A stretch of DNA of 64,000 nt from Dipteris shenzhenensis (lineage: Eukaryota). The position numbers and the translations under genes are program-made. The notes beneath the pieces were generated by a model that worked only from the letters and a program-made list of their open reading frames with translations, did not search any database and was not told the DNA's origin. Positions 37,801 to 50,270 of this stretch are shown here, piece after piece (the stretch's first letter is position 1; each line of letters starts with the position of its first letter). Location of the stretch: assembly GCA_047967505.1 (NCBI GenBank), contig CM106538.1, one strand, 5' to 3'.

Positions 37801-40560
37801 TTGGCGAGGGGGTAGTGCAAGATCTAGAGTAGGTTGACAATGTCAATGCTCTGATGGACGGTGTGAATCCTTGAGTTTTTGAGTTTCAAAAGAGTCTCCT
37901 AGCGAAACCATTTAACACGGGAGAATTTGAGGAAGCATTTAAGGCTATGGCTAAGGATAAGTCTCCAGGCCCAGACGGGCTGACAATGGAAATCTTTAGA
38001 GAGTTTTGGGATGTGCTGGGTCAGTATCTAGTAGACATGGCCAATGCGGCGGTTGACAAAGGTTCATTGTCCGAGGATGTCAATGCAGGCCTGATGAAAC
38101 TCTTTCCAAAAAGGCAATCCAGAATTAAGGTTGGGGATTGGAGGCCGATCACTATGTGGAACACGTCTTATAAGGTAATTGTGAAGGCCATGGTGATCAA
38201 AATCAGGGACCTTTGTAGCTCAGTAGTGGATGTAGAACAGAATGGATTAGTGAAGGGGAGGGATATTCATGAGAGCATTTTAAATGTGGCCTCCACTTTG
38301 GATTATGCTAGCAACACTAGGCGGGCTGAGGGCCTACGATAGGATCCGATGGGACTACATCCTGTGGGTCTTGGAGAGACTGGGGTTCAGGGAAGGCTTC
38401 AGGAAAAAGGTGGAATGCCTCTTGGCAACGTCGTTGCAATCCTCTACATTAACAAAGAGCTGTAGGAAGGTTCTGCCTAAAGAGATCAGTGAGATAGGGG
38501 TGCCAACTGGCACCTCGCTTGTTTGCTTTGTGTACAATTCCACTGCATCATGCCTTGAAGGCAAAGGCACGAATTGGGGACATCCAAGGGATGCATTTAC
38601 CATTAGGGATCCAATTTATGTGTCAACTCTTCACGAACAATACTATGTCCAGTACCCATGAGAACAAGTCGCATGTAGAGAGCCTAATGAAAGTCATCAA
38701 CACCTTCTGGATAGCCTCAAGTTCTAAGTGCAGTTGGAACTAATTGTTCCTTCTCAAATCAAGCTTGGAACCCCCACCTGACTGGCTAACTAGCTTGGGA
38801 GTTACCATCATCTAGCTTGGGTAAGTGATTAGATATTTGGGAGTGCCATTGGGGCTAGGGGTCACTCTCTGACGTAGATTTGAATGGTTCAAGTCGAGAA
38901 TAAAAGCGAAGTTGAGAAGATGGCACGAGATGTCACTCGGGTGGAATGCTAGATACATAGTAGTTCAACACATTCTGGCAGCAACTGTGACAGATGTAGC
39001 GTTGATCTGGTAATTCAAGAAGACACTGACAAGAGATTGAAGCCCTATTTAGGGGATTTATATGGGCTAAGGAACCAGGCAAAAGGAAGCTACATTACAT
39101 CCCACAGGAGCCTCTTAAGGCACCCAAGATGCTCATAGGGTTGGGATTGCCTTTTATTAGGCTTAGGAATACAGCCATTGTAGGAAAATGAATGCCTTGG
39201 ATGTTTGACAGTAAGGCGCTGTGGATAGAGGTCGCCAAGTTCTTTATCATCAATGCCATAGGCAAAGGGGTTGGGCAATGGACGGACCTTAGTTGGTATG
39301 ACAAACTAGTGTCACACTTTCCTCTTTGAGTAAAGGGTTGGGATTCGGTCGCCGGTTTGGTTAGCCTGGAAGGATTGTTGAGTCTCTTGAAAGGGAAGGG
39401 CAGGAAGGGATTGTGGGGCGACGGGAGTCTACTCGAGTCTATCTGGTGGCACATATCATTCAGAGAAGAGGATGCCTTTGCATGGCACGATATAGCCAGA
39501 GTGTGGAATATGTATAGGAAGAGCATTTGTTGTTGAATGCTAGTAAGGCCAACTATTTTACAATTGAGGATATGTTGCACCTTATAGATGGAGAAAGAGA
39601 TGTCCTGCAAGCGATACTCGAAATAATCTCGAACAATTGGCAGTCTAACTGCGTCGTAGACAACAAAGGAAGGGCAGCATAATGGACCTGAGTCAAGATC
39701 ATAAGTCCTCTGCTAAGTTGTTGTACAAGCATTTACCGACACCAAGGGGCTGATCAATGATCTGAACAAAGAGTGGAGCTCAGATGGGGAGCGCATGGTG
39801 GAAGGCGTGTCTCAAGGACAGCTGGAAAGGTTGCGCAGTGGGGAAGGCAAAGTTCATCCTCTAGAAGATCATCAATCAGTGGCTATCGGCGGTCAGGGCC
39901 AAGCCTAGCAAAAAGAATACAAGTAGATTTGGGGTGAAGTCTATGCGAAAGCACCATGGAAGATTTGTGTCACCTATTATGGAGGTGTCCCGTGACCAAG
40001 GAGGTTTGGAAGAAGGTTGTAAAAGTAGTGCGCCAACAATTTGGCCTTATGGTTAGCTTCAAAATTGGCCAGCAATGGAGACTCCCAATACTCGAGGACA
40101 CGCAAAACTCCCGTTGATGCTGGTGGTGAATTGGCCCTATGTCAAGGTTGCGGCAATCCTAGGCTTATGGGAACTCCATAATAGAAACATCTTTCACCAC
40201 ATAATCCAACTAGCGTTCAGAGTCTCGACGATAGTCGCGGTCATCATAGTTTACCTTAGGGATTTCATTAGAGCCCTAGAGAGTGTCTATCCCATGTTTA
40301 GTCATGCACTTATGATTATGGAAGCCTCCCTTTCTGTGGGTTAGGGGTCCTTGTGCTGGGTATAGTATAGGCCTGGCGTCTACCTCTAGTAAGGCTAATT
40401 TTTTTATAGGGTCCTTTTTCTTTAGAGGACCAACCCCCCTCCTTTTCAATATATTCAGTATTTTTTTATTTTTTATTTTAAAGAGGGGATGTGGCGAGAG
40501 ACCCTCATTTAAAGAATATTTTATAAAGGTGATGTCATACAAGCTAAAAGAAAAAATAAT
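34850..40560 (+). mobile_element. Near full-length decayed L1-clade LINE
   Basis: ORF1: PVWVKFTNLPPW, knuckle CHVCKYLGH; endonuclease: MSWNVR, LDRFYIS; RT: KSPGPDGLT, WRPITMWNTSYK, AYDRIRWDY; zf-RVT: HLLWRCP; many stops; ends approximate. Confidence 0.9.
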
Positions 40561-43500
40561 TCACTACCCCTCATGTAAGGCCAAAAACTTAATCCACACA
40601 AAGTGACAAAGAGAAGCATGCCATATTAACCTACGGTTCAGTTGTGTCCTAGTCATCTTTTATAATTGTCACACTATTTGTCAAAAACTTTTTCTTAGTA
40701 TCATTTTGAAGTGAGAAATGTTCTACAGACACGTGTTTCATAAGTGAATGGGAGTACTTAGTTTTTTTGGGGGCATATGTCACATCATTGAATATATGTT
40801 GTTGTCCATTGATGTTTTCAAACTATATTAGTTTACATTATTGGTGTTTTTATTGTACTTTCATACTGTATCATCCGTATCCTTTTTTAATGGTTTTAAA
40901 TTATTCATGAAATTGTTTTCATTGTCCTCTCTATGCCCATATTCATGGTAGCCTATAGTCTCCTCAATTTGTACATGATTTTTTTGGCCTTATTAGAATG
41001 ATGTTTTGCTGTATAACTAGATATTGCACATTGCACGTTCTATCGCTTTTTGGTTTTTGAGTTCTTTTATAGAAACTAGTTGACCATTCAATTTGTCATC
41101 CTTTTGCTCTTACAATTCTTTTTGGTTGTTTAATATGTTCTTGTATTCTTGGATTGCATGTGTGAATTAGTGTATCTCATATATTTCATTAAGTATAGTG
41201 ATTGTTCTTTTATTGATTTCTTTATTCTTTTGTCCAACTATAGGTTTAATGGAAGCTATAATTATTTGTCAATCAGTTGTTTGTTATTGTCATACTATTT
41301 ATAAATAAAGTTGTTTTTGTAATGGAATTTTAACAAACATTGTGCTTTTTCAATTCTAGAAAGAGGAGTCCTTTTTTCATGAATGGAAATAATATTTTAT
41401 CACATTATCTTATTTTATTTTGATAATGGAATTTGTAAATGCATATTTTATCATTGGATTACTTGCATTCAATATAAATTCTCCTTTCACATGTAGCTTG
41501 CTAGTTTTTTTATGAAATTCTCTCTCCTTCTTATTGAATAATTTATCTATCTCAGCATCGATGCCCGATACAAGCTCTGGGAATCTTTTAGTTTTATTTT
41601 CACATATTCATCCTCACTACCGTGAATTGTCACTGACATCAAATTGACTATTTCTACTGTGACATTTTATTGACATCCTATGCATGTGTAAGTGTTATGG
41701 AATCCCTTTTGTATTATTGTTTGGCTTTTGCAAGTTTAGAAAATGTATTAGTATGGTTGACTAAGTTGACCAAACCTTAGTTTACCATAAATGTTTCATA
41801 ATAATCAAGTTCCAAACAATCATATTACTAAATCATGTAAATACAATTTGAAATAGTCCTTTGTAATTAACATGTGATCAATCAATAATTTTTTAAATAA
41901 AAACATATAGTTCTTTAGTTGAAACGTATAGCTTTTTTTCAAACTAAGGGAGTATATAGGAGAGAGAAGGTGAGGGTCCATCTTTTAACGACTCACTATT
42001 GAATGTAAATATTTTCCCCCTCCAATGATTCATTGCATAGGTTTACCATTATTTGTGAAATCTAGCATGTAATTGGATGCACTCAAATCATTATATGTGA
42101 AATAATGTGAATGTACTACTTTTAGTATACTCACAATCCTTGCAGCAATACATAATGATTGTTGAGACCATGCTCATAGAATCCTAACAGAAGACCACCA
42201 ATCCATGCAAGATTCTATTAGTAGAAGATTTGGTATCCAGCTCGAATATGTACCAAACAAAGGAGGAAGACACATTAATATGTCATGTATACTTCCTCTA
42301 TTAGAATTTGGACATACAAGTTATAATTTATCCTCATGTGTAATTCATATAGCTTGACAAATAGCTTTTTGTATTATAGGCATTGGTATTTTAGTTTTCA
42401 AGATAGCATGGCTCCATTTTAATTTTTTACAAGCATAGGAGTTTGTTGAGGGTCTAAAATCTAGAACATTGACAACCTATACATGGTATAGTCTTCCTTC
42501 CACTCCTCTTCCTAGGATGTCATGAATTCTTAAGGCTTTTAAAGGAAAGACAATGTTTAGAGCACATCCACTTTCATATCGAGTATAGAGTTCTACTTCA
42601 ACTCTATCTTGTTGTAGTTTTGAGTTGACATTAGTATTTGAAGCAATCAATGTATCAGTAAAGTGCTTCAAGCTACTACATATCAAAGATCTTATTAGTC
42701 CTTTTTCTTTGATGTTTTTTCTATGGATCAATAGTTTCATTTCTTTTTATTCGAATACTTATCAAACTCTTTTAGACCATCAAATGGTAAGGAAATATGC
42801 TCATCTTTGATTAACTATAGCCAATAGTTAATCATATCCTCAAATAGCTGAGGATAAATATAATATATTGTATGTTCGAGGTCAAGAAAAGTAAATCAAA
42901 GTGTATTAAATATTTGCTCTGGTAGTTCAGCTAGAATGTATTGCATATGCATAGCCTCCTAAATTTCTTCCTCGCTCATGTTTGCAATATGTAATAAGGT
43001 TTAATTTTTAGAAGGAGTTGAGTCATTTGCCATACTTCCTTGATGCCATGAATTGAAGTTGAAACTTGTAAACCTATCAAAAACAACAATTCCAATCTAA
43101 ATCTCATAAATTTATTTTTCTACATACAATCATACAACATTCCAATATGAAATTAAACTATATAAGCAATATTTTTTCCTTCAATAATACTAAGCTAAAT
43201 TGAAATTGTAGCATGAAACAACAACACTAACTAATGTAAAGTGATACCACAAAAACAAGAAGATCTAAATTGGAATTTGTTAAACATACAATAATTAGTA
43301 TGATCAAATTAGTATAATGTATGTGTAACAAATGATTGATTCGTTTAGCATTGGATTTGTCTACATTTGATGATATGAACTACTAATTCTATATTTTCAT
43401 AATGTATTAATGCAAATCAGCTTTTGAGTATTTGAGACTATCACCATAGTTTTGCTAATGGAACATAGCTCTGAGATGCATACAAAAAATGAACTAAAAG

Positions 43501-44666
43501 CTCTCTTTTATAAACAATACTCATTGTATTTATATAAAATTTTGTTCATTAGTTATACAAAGTTTATTATTAAAAGTACCAATGTATAGGAACTTCAAAG
43601 TCACAATACATCATTTTGAGAATTGCAATGTAGAATTTTCTTATTAGATGCAAAGCCTATTATTAAAAGTAGAGTAACTTTGGATTCATAATAAATAACT
43701 TCGAGAATTGCAAGAAGTGATAATATTATATGTTTTTATAATTCTAAGTTATGCGTAAATTTTGCTATGACCACCACAGATCTTATATATAATAACTAAA
43801 ACATTTTGTTGTGTTTTAATAATAACAAGATGCAATAGCTATCGTGTTCGACAAATAGAGACATAATCTACTTATATTTTGGAGTATTCTATCATTTCAT
43901 ATTTCTTCGCAACAAGCTTGCAACTTCAAAATGAAGTCATATTTTGCAATAATTTATTAGTACATTTTGAAAATGGAAAGTAAGCATTTTAGTATATATT
44001 TGATTTATTGAGGCTCATATGATTATTTTTAAGTAATGTATTAAATGTCAATTATTATAATAGCATAATAAATAATAATATAGAGTAATAGAACTATTAT
44101 AATAGGATAATAAAGTATTAAAGTTACCATTACATATGGAATTCATATGCAAATCTTGACCTTGGGTCAAGGTTACTATAGTGCAAATTGGATCAAACAC
44201 CTTTAAGCCATTGAGTTGCTAGTATGAGTAACATATGCAACCAATATGGTCAGCTCTAGAGACACAATTAGCAAGCTAGCTCAAATTAAACATCAGTTAA
44301 GGCAAGAATGCATGGAGCATAGAGTTACATTACGAGGGGTACATCCATATGATGTAGAGAGTACAATATGTTGCCACCTTGCAAACCAACGATGCCCAGT
44401 GTAGCCGCTTCCTAAAGGTAATGAAGATGCACTTTTGTGTCATGTTTGTTGTCATGCAGTTTTGGATGCATCTATTGGATTCTATGTCATATCTTGTGGG
44501 CCTTATTTGGTTATTACAAGCCATGCAATAAATAAGGCTTTTCCCACTTTGTCGGGTTGAGTTTTTAGCTCCTTTGTGTATGTTTTTTAGGATTTTGCCC
44601 TATTGTATTTTTAAGCTCTTGTAAATTGCAAACCCCTATATCTGGCATTTGCCATGTATTTGATTA

Positions 44667-44774
44667 TATGATACCCACATATTTTTTAAGTTCTTAATAT
44701 TGAGTCCTATTGAGCCATCTTATGATACCCACATATTTTTTAAGTTCTTAATATTGAGTCCTATTGAGCCATCT
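44667..44774. repeat. 54-bp tandem duplication
   Basis: tatgatacccacat...gagccatct at 44667 and 44721. Confidence 0.92.
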
Positions 44775-44899
44775 CTAGGTCCTAGTTCTGAATACTCTCT
44801 ACGATCAATGGTTGCCTTATTGTTTGATTTCTAGTCCCACTTAACTCCGGTCCTATGCAGTGTAGATATAAATGGAATAAAAGAAAGTGAGAGACCGCT

Positions 44900-47800
44900 T
44901 TCTAGTCCCACTTAACTCAAGTGGAATAAAAGAAAGCGGTCTCTTTCATATTTAGAGAGAAGGTGCAACTTATATCCCCAATGTGCCACCAAGCCCCTCT
45001 ATGCATATCCCAAATTTGGTCCCAATAGTGCATGCCCTTTCTTTGAGAAATATTCATCCAAGCAATAGAGGAGCCAATCATCATAACTGATCTACTCCAC
45101 CATATGGGCTCCACTAGACTAGCATCACCCCTCAAGCCTCCTGCACCTTTCCAAACACAACACTCTTCCAAGCACAACCAAGCCCGCAACTAGATGCAAG
45201 CCTTTGACCTATAAGGGGAACTTTGAAAACAGGATCTTGTACCAAGGAAGGTCTTTCCAAGCCCTAAATTTGGGGCTTTTGCCACTTTCCATTTACCAAC
45301 ATGCTAGCACCACCCATGGCAAGTCAGAACAAAATAGCTTGGGGACCCATTTGCCTAATAGAGAGACATTCTTTGATGGCCACATCTAGGAGACCATTCC
45401 CTCCTTGCTCCTTCAGGGCCATGAGTGGATCCCAGAGAATGTCTCTTCCAATGGAAACATTGGCAGTGCCAAATCAAAGCCATATAAGTTGTGGTCGAAG
45501 AGAATACATGCTTGATTACCAGAGCCTACGCATTGTGATGCCAAAAATTGATATTTTTTACTTGGCATTGGTATTTTTTTTCTCTATGTTTGAGAAGAGT
45601 TTGAGTATCAAGTGATAGCCTAGCGGCTCTCACTTATTTCTATTTTCTAAGATATCGTATGGGATTGAGAGGATGAGTGGAATGGATCATTGTAAATACC
45701 ATGTGTATGAATGATAAATACCTTAATATGGGGTGAGAGTTATTTGTGTATGGGATATTATGGGGCTTTTAGAAAATAGGAAGAGTGAGTCATATAAAGA
45801 GGTGGGATCATGTCCATGTGTTTCAATAATATAAGAGAGGCCACATGCCAAGCATATGGAAGGCATGTGGAGGAGGGTGAAGTCAAGAGGAATCCTTCTA
45901 GAATTCTTGTGTGGAATAAGGAGGATGTGGACATGGAAAAGAGAGGGTCCCTATGGGCTCCATGTGGGGAAACTCTTGACTTTCTCAATATTTTAAGAGT
46001 CTTGAGCATCTTTTGATGGGACACATGGCAAGAGTAGCCAAAAAGGACATGGATGGTGACATACGGGCTTATGTGATTGATGGGGAAAGGAATCTATAGG
46101 CAGCAATTGTAAATGGGTGAAGGACGCTGACAAAATCTCTATAAAAGGAGCCCTCCTCTCCCTTGTTCATTATCTCTTCCACCATTAGGCCTCATGTTGC
46201 TGTAGCTCTAGTCTCCTCAAGCCTCTTCCATGAGCCTTCTCTCCCTCTTGTAGATATTCTCTTATGTAGACTCTTAAGTCCATCTCTCTCTAGTTCATTC
46301 TCTCTCTACGAGTAGTCTTGGAGCTTCCACTACCTCTTGTACATATGAAACCTCTTCTTCTCCCTTGTGTTTGTAGTATTTTGAGTTGCATTGGAGTGGA
46401 GTCTCACTCTATTGACAATGAAGATCACTTCGTATTCCCTCTCTTGAGTCTCTCTTCCCTCTTCTTTCTGTCACAACCTTAAAAGTTCTTTCTATTCGGC
46501 TGCTCATTGCACACACATAGTCCATCCATTTACCTAGCCACCAAGGAAGTTACTTACCCTCTTCTAGGCAAAATCCATGAGTGGTGGATCGTTGATGAAG
46601 GTGGAGTCTTGAGGGAACATCCTACTCAGGCGAAATTAGCATGGGTGGAGGGCAATTTTTATGACAGTTTGACCCCTTGTTAGTGTTTTGCTCATAACTT
46701 TCCGATCGGTAGGTCTGATTTTGATGAAACTTATATCTACGCGAAGCTCTCTTCAAGACGCATGTCTCTTGATTAGATCTTGAATCAGATACTACTACAA
46801 AAAGTTATGAGTCTCTGTGTTTGACAGTGTGTTTTCATGATAGTTTTTACCCCTGTCTAGTAAACCGCCCATAACTTTTTGGCCGCTTCTTTGTTTTTTA
46901 CGAAACGTATATCACAGCGAAGCCCATCTCAAGGTGCATCTCTATATTTGTTTGAATCTTTGATATCATGCCTCTACTAAAAGTTATAGGCCTATGTGTC
47001 TAATCACACTTTGCAGAGTGTTGTGAGCTAATTGTAAAGGTATCTATGAAGGAGGTGCAATGTTTCCTCGGAAACTACCAATTCGACCCAATCAGCCCCT
47101 TCAAACTCCTTGATATATACAGTTCATGTCATGCTGGGCCGCAAGATCTTCTTTCAGCAATGTATCGCTCTTCTCTTTGGCGCAGACCGTTTGGTGCAGA
47201 CTGGCTTGCTGAGATTATGGCCTTTGTTGATCCTTTCCTTCTCCCTATGCTTGAGTACAACATCACTTGGGATGTTACCATCTTCATTCTCATCTAAGGG
47301 AGGAAGGTATGGTGTGGTATCTTGGCATAAAAGCTTCTTTTTAATGTCCCTTTCTCAATGATGAATATCTTTGTCACTCAGTTCAAAAGTAGTAGGAAGT
47401 AAAGAGGTGCATGAATTTTATTACCCCCAACTTCATGTCACAGCATTTCAAGCCATGCGAAGCCTTCAATTTACCCTTTATGCAATCCTTAAGCCATTTG
47501 AATCTTTGATGGAGGATAAGGCCAATACCCACCAGGGCATGCAAATAGCAAATGATTTCACCTCTTTGCGACCACTGTACTGGCATTGAGTCAGCCCAAA
47601 TCGGCGAAGGATCAATGGCCAGTCCTTAGAGCATATGATTTACTCCAACTGAACTTGAGGCCTAATAGAAGCAATTCATCATATTATTAAGCACTTTCAC
47701 TTGCCTAGGATCCTCTCTGCAGAAGGCTAGGAGTTCATTCATAAACATATACGATAATTCCTACTTCCTAGATGGTAGTTGAGCCCCCACCAAATCACCA

Positions 47801-50270
47801 TTGAACGTCAATTGATTAAGCTTGTGAATCATGGGAACCAAACAAATTGCAAATAATAGTGGTGCCAAGGACAACCTTGACTTATGCAACAACCCTCTAC
47901 CCCTCCATTCAAATAGAGAGCTATTGAGACATTATCAAAAAGCGAGGCCACCATCCTAATGAAGGAATCCCCATATCCAAGTCATTCAAAGACCACAAAA
48001 TTATAATCCGACCACACAACACAATTGTAGGCTTTGTCCTAGATCAATACCCAAGAGGATACAATTTTGACTAGAGGTAAGAGCATAGTCCAAAGCTGCA
48101 TTGACATTCAAAATGTTATCAAAGATGTCCCTCCCTTTTGCAAACCCACTTTGCTTCTTATGAACTAATGGCAAGCATACTTCCTAAATTTGAAGAGCCA
48201 TGGCTTTGGCAATAATCTTGTATGATGTGTCAAGCATGGAATCCTATTTTGACATTTAGAAAACAATTTGATAAGACCTATATTGGCATCAGAAGTTGGC
48301 ATCAGAAGATAGGGCTCCTCTTTACGTCGAGGCATTGGCCATTTGGACTAAATCCTTACCCAAAACATCCTAGAAGGCTAGGAAGAATTCAGCAGTCAAC
48401 CCATTGGGCCTCGAGGCCTTATCTTTCTTCATTTTCCCTAAGACCTCCCTAAACTCCACCAAAGAGAAGGGAGTAGAAAGTTGCCTTCACTAATACTCAG
48501 TAACCCGAGGTTCCAAACCCCATAGTAGATTGGAGACTACATCAAACCAGCCATCATCTTGAATCACAGGGTCACCCACAAGGCCACTCAAGTGTTTTTT
48601 TAAAATATCAGAGATGTGCCAAAATTTGATTTCAAGCTTCCCCTCTAAATCAAGAATTCTATCAATTGATTCTCGCTTATACTTCCTCTTCATCACCTAA
48701 AAGAAAATTTAGAGGGGCAATCCCCAAGCTCGAGCCAAGCCTGATGATTGTACAATTTGGCTTGACTAGCATCCTTTAGCTCTCTAGCTTGAAGCTCTTG
48801 CTTGAGTTTTGGTAGGAGAGTAGGCACCACTTGATCATCAGGGAAAGATGAGACTTCGTGTCTTAGAGAACCCCTCCTACAAATGAGGTCTTCTATCCTC
48901 CACTTAGTAGCACGATCCTTTTTGGCCCAAACCTTAGCTTCCTGTACCACAACTCTAACAGCAACATCCCAACGAGTACATGGATCTTTATGGAGCAACC
49001 TAGCATGCAGCCAAATTGACTAGATTTTCCCACAAAAACGATTTAGAGGCCATGTGTTTATTGTTGAACTTAAAAGAAAATCTAGAGATCTACTAGGAGA
49101 GAGTGGGATGCTAAAACTCCACATCACAAAAATGTGATTAGAAAGCGAGGTAATATTCATATATTGCCCCCCAAAGGAGCGCTCATTCACTAACCTTCAC
49201 CAGTAATGTCAAACCTATTGAATCTACTAGTATGAAATTCGGATCATTTTCTCCTATTCGTTCAAGAGTAGCTTTCAAGCCCCTCAAGGTCTATCTCTAA
49301 ACAGTTAGTGAGACCAAAATCCAGACACAACTCCTCCCAAACTTCATGCTTAAAGCCAAAGAGTAGTTTGGAAGGGTGTGATTGATTTGCATCCATCTCA
49401 GTAAAGTTCCAATCGCCACCAAATAACCAATTGTTGACTGATGAGCTTTGAGATCCATCCAATAATGGAGTCAATCACCTAATGCATGAGGTGCATAGCT
49501 GGAAGGTTCGGCATATCTCAAAACAACCACTCATCAATACTAAAGGAGGGGCTCCAAGAGATGACCAAGACAATGGCACCATAGAACATGAAAGATCTAC
49601 CAACTAACTCATCCCTGAGTTGTTTGGATACCATACGCAACAAGAAGAAACCCCTACCAAGGAATCTTGCAGAGAACCCAATCAATAGGATATTGCACTC
49701 AAAGGAGAGAAACTTTTTGAGATTAAGTAGGGACAACACTCTTACAGTGAAGAAGCGATAAACCCCAGCTTTAGCCAACCTAGTGAGTTTCGGCTTGACA
49801 TCTCTGAGCTCAATCTGGCATGACACTAAGTGCTTTTTTTGTGACTCAAACTAGGTTTCTTGGCAACCTCCCTTGCCCTCCACTCAACCTCTACATGTAA
49901 GAGTTTTGCTTTCACTCCATCATTAGCGCAGAGAAGATACTTCTCATGTGCTTCACAATAATATCTATGTAGGAGGGAGTCTCGCCTCCTGTTAAGTCTT
50001 TCCTTTACCTACAGGGATGACTTGTCTCACTAGGATTCTCATTCCCCATGGTAGTCTCAGCATTAGCCACCGATCCATGAGTCTTATTAGGAGCTTATCA
50101 GTCGACATATCCTTGCTATCTCTACTCACACCAGATTGATCAACCCTAAGGGCAATTAATAGAGGGAGCAGAGATCGTGCACTAGCTTGCAACCCAAAGC
50201 TCTACCAAGATCCAAAAAACTTCATCTTCATACTTAAAGGCTGTAGATTTTCAAACAAAAAGCCAAAAAG
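44900..50270 (-). mobile_element. Decayed L1-clade LINE on the minus strand, interrupted at about 45580-47010
   Basis: ORF1-like FLGRGFFLL...ISWSPSF; endonuclease WLFGGDWNF; WLELGDCPSKF; RT remnants DKAYN and QGCP; C-terminal part at 44917-45560. Confidence 0.8.
45580..47010 (+). mobile_element. LTR-like or composite insertion inside the LINE, boundaries approximate
   Basis: Interrupts LINE homology; CTATAAAAGG at about 46139 then CT-rich leader; repeated inverted cataactt/aagttat motifs at 46690-46990. Confidence 0.4.
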
